NCBI GenBank assembly: GCA_964384195.1
Contig: CAYLKG010000002.1
Coordinates: 2,117 to 66,116 of the forward strand
Length of the DNA stretch: 64,000 bases
Direction of reading: 5' to 3'
Source: an uncultured Aliarcobacter sp.
GTDB taxonomy: Bacteria > Campylobacterota > Campylobacteria > Campylobacterales > Arcobacteraceae
Of this stretch, positions 56,724-64,000 are shown piece by piece. The position numbers were made by a program, and so were the translations under genes. Each line of letters starts with the position of its first letter. Positions within the stretch are counted from its first letter, which is position 1. The notes beneath the pieces are model-generated. The model did not search any database. It was not told the origin of the DNA and saw nothing but the letters and a program-made list of their open reading frames with translations.

Positions 56724-58013
56724 ATGAAAATAAGATATATTTTATATATTTTTTTAATATTACAAGGAAGTTTGATGAGTGCAACAATAAAGCATATAAA
56801 TATAAACAATATTGATATTCCTGTGATTTTTGAAGAGCAAAAATCACTTCCAATTTTAAATTTACAATTAATTTTTAAAAATGCTGGTTATATAAAAGAT
56901 AAAAATAATTTAGGATTAGCAAATCTATCTTCAAAAATTTTAAATGAAGGTACAAAAGAGCTAGGTGCTACAAAGTTTGCTGAAAAATTAGATGATAATG
57001 CAATAACTCTTCATAGCAGTATTGGTTTTGAAACTTTTATAATTGAACTTTCAAGTCTAAAAGAGAAATCAGATTTAGCACTTGAACTTTTAGGTGCTCT
57101 TTTAAAATCTCCAAATATAAGTGAAGAAGCTCTTTCAAAAGTAAAAACTTTAACTATTGGAAGTATTAAAAGAAAAGAAAATGATTTCGATGATGTTGCT
57201 AGTAAAGGTTTAAATTCTATCCTTTATAAAGGAACACCTTTAGAAAATCCATCAAATGGAACTATTGAAACTATTTCTAAAATTGATTTAAAAGATATTA
57301 AAAAATTTGTAGATGATTCTTTAGTTTTAAATAATTTGATTGTTGTTGCAGGTGGTGATATAAGCTTAGATGAGCTTCAAAAGCAATTGATACCTATTTT
57401 AAAAAGTTTGAATATTGGAGAAAGAGAACAAAACTCTAAAATAGAATTTAACTCAACAAAGCAAGAAAAAGAGCTTTTAAAACCAACTGAACAAGCATAT
57501 ATCTATTTTGGTTCAAATTTTAATGCAACAGCAAAAGATGAAGATAATTATAAAGCAAAAGTTGCTTCATTTATTCTTGGTGGTTCTGGATTTGGTTCAA
57601 GACTTATGGAAGAGATTAGAGTAAAAAGAGGTTTGGCTTACTCAGCTTACTCAAATATAAATATTAATAGGTCTTATTCTAGTTTTAGTGGTTATTTGCA
57701 AACAAAAAATGAAAGCTATAAAGAGGCAAAAGATATAGTTATCTCTTTAGTAGAAGAGTTTGTAAAAAACGGAGTAACAAAAGAAGAATTAGAAGCTGCT
57801 AAAAACTTTTTAACAGGTAGTGAACCTCTAAGGACTGAAACTTTAGCTCAAAGATTAAATAGAGCTTTTATGCTAGATTTTAAGGGATTAAGTCAAGATT
57901 ATCCAAAAATTGAACTTGAAAAAATTCAGAATTTAACTTTGGAAGATTTAAATTCATACATTAAAACTCACACTGAGTTAAATAATTTAACATTTTTTGT
58001 TGTAAGGAAATAA
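56724..58013 (+). CDS. M16 family peptidase-like protein
   Basis: EGTKELGA, GGSGFGSRLMEEIRVKRGLAYS; HxxEH not seen, so possibly a non-catalytic subunit. Confidence 0.85.
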   Translation: MKIRYILYIFLILQGSLMSATIKHININNIDIPVIFEEQKSLPILNLQLIFKNAGYIKDKNNLGLANLSSKILNEGTKELGATKFAEKLDDNAITLHSSIGFETFIIELSSLKEKSDLALELLGALLKSPNISEEALSKVKTLTIGSIKRKENDFDDVASKGLNSILYKGTPLENPSNGTIETISKIDLKDIKKFVDDSLVLNNLIVVAGGDISLDELQKQLIPILKSLNIGEREQNSKIEFNSTKQEKELLKPTEQAYIYFGSNFNATAKDEDNYKAKVASFILGGSGFGSRLMEEIRVKRGLAYSAYSNININRSYSSFSGYLQTKNESYKEAKDIVISLVEEFVKNGVTKEELEAAKNFLTGSEPLRTETLAQRLNRAFMLDFKGLSQDYPKIELEKIQNLTLEDLNSYIKTHTELNNLTFFVVRK

Positions 58014-58016
58014 TTT

Positions 58017-59318
58017 ATGCTAAGATTTGCACCAAGCCCAACAGGTGATATGCACATAGGAAACTTAAGAGTTGCTATTTTTAATTATATTGTATCAAAA
58101 CAGTTGAATGAAGGGCTTATTATTAGAATTGAAGATACAGATAAGGCAAGAAATATAGAAGGAAAAGATAAAGAGATTTTAGAGATTTTAAACCTTTTTT
58201 CTATAGATTATAAAAGTGTATTCTATCAAAGTGAAAATCTAAAGTATCATCAAAAAATGGCTCTTCAATTAATGACACAAAAAAAAGCTTTTGCTTGTTT
58301 TTGTAGTGATAGTAAACTTGAAGAGTTAAAAGAAGAGAGCATAAAAAAAGGTATTCCTTTTAGATATGATGGATTTTGTGAAAACTTAAGTGATGAAACA
58401 GTTTTAAATACAAATGCACCTTTTACAGTAAGATTGAAAAAGCCAGAACATAATATTAAATTTACAGACCTTTTAAAAGGTGATTTTGATTATGCACCTT
58501 TTGATGTTGATAGTTTTATTATTTTAAGGCAAGATAAAACACCAACTTATAACTATGCTTGTTCAGTTGATGATATGTTAATGGATATTTCTATGGTAAT
58601 TAGAGGAGAAGATCATGTATCTAATACTCCAAAACAAATACACATTAGAGAATCTTTAGGCTATACAAAAGAGATAAAATATGTTCACTTACCAATCATT
58701 TTAAATGCCACAACTGGTAAAAAAATGAGTAAAAGAGATGATGCAAGTAGTGTAAAATGGCTTATTGAACAAGGATTTTTACCAAGTGCTATTGCAAATT
58801 ATTTAGTTTTAATTGGAAATAAAACTCCAACAGAGATTTTTACTCTTGAAGAAGCTATAGAATGGTTTAAAATAGAAAATGTTTCAAGAAGTGGTGCTAA
58901 ATTTGATATTGATAAGCTAAGATTTATAAATAGAAAACATATTGAACTATTTGATGAGATGAGATTATCAAAAATTTTAGGATTTGCCGATGAAAATATC
59001 GGAAAACTTGCAAAACTGTATTTAGAAGAAGCAAGCACTATAAAAGAGATAAAAGCTAAACTTAATGATATTTTTAGCGAAAAAACTACTTTAGAAGGTT
59101 TTGAGGAAGAGAGTAAAAATATAAAAGGAGCTTTACAAAAAGCACCTTATTTTGAAGATTACGAAGACTTAAAAAATTATGTTGTTGAAAATACAGCTTT
59201 AAAAGGTAAAAATCTTTTTAAACCTCTTAGATATATTTTAACAGGTGTTGAAAATGGACCAAATTTAGCTGATATTTATCCATTTATTAAAAACTATATA
59301 GGAGAAATTGTAAGATGA
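58017..59318 (+). CDS. gltX: Glutamate--tRNA ligase (epsilon GluRS2-type)
   Basis: [26 protein letters not shown]. Confidence 0.93.
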   Translation: MLRFAPSPTGDMHIGNLRVAIFNYIVSKQLNEGLIIRIEDTDKARNIEGKDKEILEILNLFSIDYKSVFYQSENLKYHQKMALQLMTQKKAFACFCSDSKLEELKEESIKKGIPFRYDGFCENLSDETVLNTNAPFTVRLKKPEHNIKFTDLLKGDFDYAPFDVDSFIILRQDKTPTYNYACSVDDMLMDISMVIRGEDHVSNTPKQIHIRESLGYTKEIKYVHLPIILNATTGKKMSKRDDASSVKWLIEQGFLPSAIANYLVLIGNKTPTEIFTLEEAIEWFKIENVSRSGAKFDIDKLRFINRKHIELFDEMRLSKILGFADENIGKLAKLYLEEASTIKEIKAKLNDIFSEKTTLEGFEEESKNIKGALQKAPYFEDYEDLKNYVVENTALKGKNLFKPLRYILTGVENGPNLADIYPFIKNYIGEIVR

Positions 59319-59587
59319 TAGATGCATTGTTTAGCTCGATTTTAACTGTTTTATTTAGTGTTATTTTTCTTTATAAATGGGTTGTTATAATCTCTGCTCT
59401 TCTTTCTTGGGTAAGACCATATCCTTATAATCCAATAGTTCAAATGCTATATAGATTAACAGAGCCTGTTTATGCAAAAATAAGAAGTATTATTCCAACA
59501 ACTTTTGGTGGAATCGATTTAGCTCCGCTAATTTTGATTTTTGCTCTTATATTTTTAGAGACATTTTTACAAAAAATTTTAATGTAA
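59315..59587 (+). CDS. yggT: YggT family membrane protein
   Basis: LLSWVRP.PYNPIVQ, TEP, GIDLAP. Confidence 0.9.
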   Translation: MIDALFSSILTVLFSVIFLYKWVVIISALLSWVRPYPYNPIVQMLYRLTEPVYAKIRSIIPTTFGGIDLAPLILIFALIFLETFLQKILM

Positions 59588-59593
59588 GTTGTT

Positions 59594-61261
59594 ATGTTTA
59601 AAAGTATTTTAAAATTCTCTCTATTCTTATTTCTTAGTTTAAATCTTTTTGCTCTTGATAATCCAAGAAGTGATTTTATGCAAAAAGATTTTCAAATTAC
59701 TCTTGATTGGCTAGAAAATAGACCAAAATCCAGTGCTAAAGATTTCTTTATACTTCAATTTTTAGAAGATGAAAATTTAAGTTATGAAACTGCAAAAAAA
59801 GCTTATGATATGAGAAAAGGCAATAATGGAACATTAGATAGAGCATTTAAGCAAAAGTTTAATGAGAAATTAAGCCCAGAAGATAGATTTTGCTACAACG
59901 CATCTATAATGGAGCTAAAATCTTCTAATCCAAGATGTATTGCTCTGGCTCTTGGTTCTTTAAAAAAAGCTTCAGATGTATCTAAAACTGATTTGAACTT
60001 ATTTATTTCTAAATTAGATCCTTACCCTACTTTAAAAAAAGATTTGCAAACTATAGTATCAAATACAGTTTTTGAAGATTTAAAAGCTAGTGGAAGCTTA
60101 CGATTTTTAAGAATATTTTTTGAAGTAAGCGATGACTATAGAAATAAATATCTAAACAAAAGCATAAATGTTAATTTTTTAAATGAACTGTCTCAAAGTA
60201 AGGATTTTGAAAAATTTCTACGTTATGTAATATATAGTAAAGATTTGAATAATATTCAAAAATCTTTGGACAACTTAAATACAAACATAAATTTAACACC
60301 TACAATCTCTTTTATGCTTGGAATAAATGCAATAAACAATAAAGATTTTATAAAAGCAAAAGATTTTTTCAATCAATCTTATAATAATTCTTATTCAAGG
60401 GCAGATAAAGATAAATCATTATATTGGTTATATTTAAGTACAAATGATAAAAATTTCTTAAATGAATTGTCAAATAGTACCGATATAAATATATATTCAC
60501 TCTATGCAAAAGAGTTACTAAATATAAAAATTGATAATATTTTTCATAATCTTAATCTAAAAAACCAACCTACAAATTATGATGTTTATGACCCATTTTT
60601 ATGGGATGAAGTAGTAGAAGATACAAAGAAAAATTTAGATGAAATTAAACTTCAAAAATATTACAACATCTTCTCTTCAAAAGATACAGAGCCTCATATG
60701 GCATTTATTTTAGAAAGATTTGAAAAGTATAAAACTCACTATTTTATAACTCCTTATAGAGATATTTTAAAAAATTATGATTTAGATAAACAAATTTTAA
60801 TCTACTCAATAGCAAGACAAGAGAGTCGATTTATTCCTTCTGCAATATCTTTTTCAAGTGCTCAAGGAATGATGCAAATAATGCCTTTTTTATCAAAAGA
60901 TATAGCAAAAGAGTTGGGGCAAAGTTATAACATTTATGATCAATTTAATCCTAAAAAAAATATTGAATTTGGGAGTTATCACCTAGACAAACTAAACAAA
61001 CAATTTGACAACAATCCTCTTTTTGTAGCTTATGCTTATAACGGTGGCGCTGGTTATACAAGAACTCAATTAAAAAAAGGTCTTTTTAAAGAAAAAAATA
61101 AATTTGAGCCATTTTTAAGTATGGAGATGATTTCTTACAATGAAACAAAAGATTATGGGAAGAAGGTTTTAACAAATTATTATATTTATAATAATTATCT
61201 AAATAGTGAGAATAAAATCTCACTATCTACTATTTTACAAAGCTTAGTGTCGCCTTATTAG
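59594..61261 (+). CDS. slt: Soluble lytic murein transglycosylase
   Basis: IARQESRF, AQGMMQIMP, AYAYNGG, ETKDYGKKV. Confidence 0.92.
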   Translation: MFKSILKFSLFLFLSLNLFALDNPRSDFMQKDFQITLDWLENRPKSSAKDFFILQFLEDENLSYETAKKAYDMRKGNNGTLDRAFKQKFNEKLSPEDRFCYNASIMELKSSNPRCIALALGSLKKASDVSKTDLNLFISKLDPYPTLKKDLQTIVSNTVFEDLKASGSLRFLRIFFEVSDDYRNKYLNKSINVNFLNELSQSKDFEKFLRYVIYSKDLNNIQKSLDNLNTNINLTPTISFMLGINAINNKDFIKAKDFFNQSYNNSYSRADKDKSLYWLYLSTNDKNFLNELSNSTDINIYSLYAKELLNIKIDNIFHNLNLKNQPTNYDVYDPFLWDEVVEDTKKNLDEIKLQKYYNIFSSKDTEPHMAFILERFEKYKTHYFITPYRDILKNYDLDKQILIYSIARQESRFIPSAISFSSAQGMMQIMPFLSKDIAKELGQSYNIYDQFNPKKNIEFGSYHLDKLNKQFDNNPLFVAYAYNGGAGYTRTQLKKGLFKEKNKFEPFLSMEMISYNETKDYGKKVLTNYYIYNNYLNSENKISLSTILQSLVSPY

Positions 61262-61712
61262 ATTCTTGATTTTGTAAAATTAAAGAGAAATTTTTAGCAT
61301 CATCTAAATTTTCAAACTCAACTAAATAATAATTTCCCCAATGATTTTTAAGCATATAATCTTTATATTTTTCACTATTATTTTCAACTTTTTCTAGTAA
61401 TACTGGTTCATTATGATTTAAAAATAAAGTATAACCATTTTTTTCCATATCTTGAGAATCTTCTTTTGCAAAATATGTAAATACTAAAAACTGTTCTTTT
61501 TTCGTTTCATTTATTTTTGGATCAACCATATTTAAATGAGTTGCCATAAAAATAACATCAACCTCTTTATTTTTTATTATATCAGTCTTTTTAGTATACT
61601 TAACAGCTTTTGTTTCTTCGACACTTTTATCAAAAAATCTAAAAGCACTATTTTTTGGTGTACAAGATACAAAAATAAGTGAAGTTGCTAATAAAAATAA
61701 AAATTTATACAT
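61230..61712 (-). CDS. Hypothetical lipoprotein
   Basis: Lipobox FVSC; convergent 32-bp overlap with slt. Confidence 0.8.
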   Translation of the reverse strand: MYKFLFLLATSLIFVSCTPKNSAFRFFDKSVEETKAVKYTKKTDIIKNKEVDVIFMATHLNMVDPKINETKKEQFLVFTYFAKEDSQDMEKNGYTLFLNHNEPVLLEKVENNSEKYKDYMLKNHWGNYYLVEFENLDDAKNFSLILQNQESNKATLSFVK

Positions 61713-61811
61713 AAAATCTCCTTCAAAATTGCCTATTATTGTACATTACAAAGCCTTTAATAAATATTTTTATAAATAGAGTTTAACAATTCTTTAGATA
61801 AAATCTCTTTC

Positions 61812-62309
61812 ATGAATAAAAAAAGATTAGTAGTGGCCTTTTCTGGTCCATCAAATAGCGGCAAAACGACAGCTATTGTTAAAGTTGCAAGTATTTTACA
61901 AGATAGTAATTTCAAGGTGTGTATAGTAAAACACGATCCAAAAGATAAAGCAATGTTTGATAGAGAAGGAAAAGATTCTTTTAAATTCTCTCAAACAGGA
62001 GCTGATGTTGCAGTGGTAAGTCCAAATAAAACAACAGTATTCAAAAAAGGAAGCTCTTCTATAGATGAGCTGATATCTATATTTGATGATTTTGATTATT
62101 TGCTTGTTGAAGGATTAAAAACTTTAGATTTACCAAGAATTTCTATTTTTAGAAATAAACTAGATGATAGTTATTTTAATGTTTCAAATGCTTTAGCAGT
62201 TGATGAAACTATTGATAAAAGTAGTATTCCAAAAAGCTTGGATATTTTAGATTTGAATAATCCAGAAGAAATTATAAACTGGATAGATAAAAATGCAAAA
62301 AGGGTATAA
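61812..62309 (+). CDS. mobB: Molybdopterin-guanine dinucleotide biosynthesis protein B
   Basis: GPSNSGKTT, KHDPK, GKDS, LVEG. Confidence 0.92.
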   Translation: MNKKRLVVAFSGPSNSGKTTAIVKVASILQDSNFKVCIVKHDPKDKAMFDREGKDSFKFSQTGADVAVVSPNKTTVFKKGSSSIDELISIFDDFDYLLVEGLKTLDLPRISIFRNKLDDSYFNVSNALAVDETIDKSSIPKSLDILDLNNPEEIINWIDKNAKRV

Positions 62310-63152
62310 ATGCGAGAGATAATTAAAGCTATACAAGAATCTGCAATAAGAATAAAGCACCTTATTGAGACAGGAGACACAGGAAAAAGTCAAACTGAAA
62401 ACAGTACTGGTGATACTCAATTAAAATTAGATATACAAAGTGATGAAATTATTGAAGAAATTTTCTCAAAAATTCCAAGCATTAAAGCAATAGTTAGTGA
62501 AGAGCAAGATAGCATAAAAACTATTAATGAATCTGGAGAATATTTAATAGCTTATGACCCATTAGATGGTTCTTCTTTGGTAGATGTTAACTTAAGTGTT
62601 GGTTCAATTTTTGGTATTTATAAAAATGAGTTCAATGCAAAAAATATTGCAGCTTCTGTTTATATTGTTTTTGGTCCAAGAGTTGAAATGGTTGTAACTA
62701 TAGATGATGTAAAAATGTATAGGTTACTAAATGGTGAATTTAAATTTATCCAAAATATAAAACTAAATGAAAAGGGTAAATTAAATGCTCCTGGGTCTAC
62801 TCAAAACTGTTGGGCACCATTTCATAAACAATTAATTGATGATATTTTCAATGATGGATACAGATTAAGATATAGTGGAGGAATGGTTCCTGATTTACAC
62901 CAAATTTTACTAAAAGGTGGGGGACTTTTCTCGTATCCAGGAACTACAGATAAACCAAAAGGGAAATTAAGACAACTTTTTGAAGTATTTCCTTTTGCTC
63001 TTGCTTATGAAAAAGCTGGAGGAGCTGCTGTTGATGGAACTAAAAGAGTTTTAGATGTTCCTACGACTCATATTCATGATACAACTCCTTGTTTCTTTGG
63101 TTCAAATACTGAAATAAATAGAGTTTTGGAAGTTTACAGTAAAAATGTCTAA
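62310..63152 (+). CDS. fbp: Fructose-1,6-bisphosphatase class 1
   Basis: [29 protein letters not shown]. Confidence 0.95.
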   Translation: MREIIKAIQESAIRIKHLIETGDTGKSQTENSTGDTQLKLDIQSDEIIEEIFSKIPSIKAIVSEEQDSIKTINESGEYLIAYDPLDGSSLVDVNLSVGSIFGIYKNEFNAKNIAASVYIVFGPRVEMVVTIDDVKMYRLLNGEFKFIQNIKLNEKGKLNAPGSTQNCWAPFHKQLIDDIFNDGYRLRYSGGMVPDLHQILLKGGGLFSYPGTTDKPKGKLRQLFEVFPFALAYEKAGGAAVDGTKRVLDVPTTHIHDTTPCFFGSNTEINRVLEVYSKNV

Positions 63153-63345
63153 AGAAAAAGAGTTAGATATTTGGGAAGAGAAACTTGAAGAAGTTTTAGA
63201 TGAATTAACAAATTGTCAAAAATCAAGGGATTTGAACTCTTGCAAGCCATGTAGTGAGTTTTTTAGCTGCAATTTAAGAAAAAAGTATGTTATTACCGTT
63301 TATGAGTCTATGAATAAAGGCTCAAGCGGTGGATTTGAATTTTAA
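63145..63345 (+). CDS. Small Cys-containing hypothetical protein
   Basis: CQ...SCKPC..FFSC...YESM; lies between fbp and metG as in Campylobacter. Confidence 0.75.
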   Translation: MSKEKELDIWEEKLEEVLDELTNCQKSRDLNSCKPCSEFFSCNLRKKYVITVYESMNKGSSGGFEF

Positions 63346-63360
63346 AAAAGAAGGGAAAAG

Positions 63361-64000
63361 ATGCAAAACTCTTGTAAAAATGTTTATATAACAACTCCAA
63401 TTTACTATGTAAATGATATAGCTCATATAGGACATGCATACACAACTATAATTGCTGATATGTTAGCTAGATATTCAAGATTAGTTGGACATAATACATA
63501 TTTTCTAACAGGTACAGATGAGCATGGTCAAAAAATAGCTCAAAGTGCAGAAGCCAGAAATAAAACTCCAAAGGAGTATGCAGACGAAATATCTGGAAAA
63601 TTTAGAAGCTTATGGGATGATTTCGATATAACATATGATAAATTTATCAGAACAACAGATGAAGAGCATAAAACAGGAGTTCAAAAAGCATTTTTAAGTA
63701 TGTTTGAAAATGGAGATATTTATAAAGGTGATTATGAAGGATTTTATTGTGTACCTTGTGAAACTTTTTATCCTCAATCACAATTAATTGATGAGCAATT
63801 TTGTCCTGAATGTTCAAGAGCAACAATAGTTGTAAATGAAGAGAGTTATTTCTTTAGATTATCAAAATATCAAGATAAACTTTTAAAATGGTATGAAGAC
63901 AATCCTGATTGTATTCTTCCTAGAGCTAAAAAAAATGAAGTTGTAAACTTTGTAAAAAATGGTTTAAAAGACTTGTCAATATCTAGAACATCTTTTGACT
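63361..64000 (+). CDS. metG: Methionine--tRNA ligase, 5' part (truncated by window end)
   Basis: ATG at 63361; TTPIYYVND, HIGH, TGTDEHGQK, FIRTT, CVPCE; open to 64000. Confidence 0.95.
   Translation, partial: MQNSCKNVYITTPIYYVNDIAHIGHAYTTIIADMLARYSRLVGHNTYFLTGTDEHGQKIAQSAEARNKTPKEYADEISGKFRSLWDDFDITYDKFIRTTDEEHKTGVQKAFLSMFENGDIYKGDYEGFYCVPCETFYPQSQLIDEQFCPECSRATIVVNEESYFFRLSKYQDKLLKWYEDNPDCILPRAKKNEVVNFVKNGLKDLSISRTSFD

Noticed and set aside
59413-59430. YggT reads VRPYPYNP where I recall VRPDPYNP
   Set aside because: A single possible substitution that cannot be evaluated without an alignment; the ORF is intact
61230-61261. 32-bp convergent overlap of slt and the lipoprotein gene
   Set aside because: Short tail overlaps are common, and the same gene arrangement is known in Campylobacter
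644-62380. Short ORFs in the track antisense to, or nested in, long genes (e.g. 644..859, 5339..5626, 8378..8665, 19359..19820, 33705..34019, 52948..53205)
   Set aside because: They overlap well-supported genes, show mirror-frame composition and have no RBS or motifs
1-64000. CRISPR arrays, rRNA, tRNA, intact transposases, long poly-G contingency tracts
   Set aside because: None seen by eye; the longest G run noticed is G6 inside bamA

Overview
AT-rich chromosomal window from a Campylobacterota bacterium, most likely Arcobacter/Aliarcobacter (XerH, HobA, GluRS2-type GltX, CcsBA, dimeric dUTPase, MqnC; no rpoN after lptB). It appears to contain the replication terminus, with a difH-like site immediately upstream of xerH. 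Most genes are intact housekeeping genes. Accessory content: (i) a complete teichoic-acid-type D-alanylation operon, dltC-dltD-dltX-dltB-dltA, in a Gram-negative host, including an unannotated 46-aa DltX ending in FVYEEF and a DltB with WNG in place of the catalytic WHG; (ii) a seven-gene cluster resembling furan/methylated fatty-acid biosynthesis (ufaM/ufaD/ufaO-like) behind a 34-bp operator-like palindrome; (iii) an arsenic-associated cluster lacking arsR/arsC, next to a solo IS3-like end; (iv) three c-di-GMP genes (two degenerate GGDEF paralogs and a PTS-EIIC-EAL fusion) that carry all four reading-frame lesions I found in the window; (v) a dUTPase fused to an XRE-like HTH. No rRNA, tRNA, CRISPR array or intact transposase was seen. 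Family assignments come from motif recognition, not database searches.
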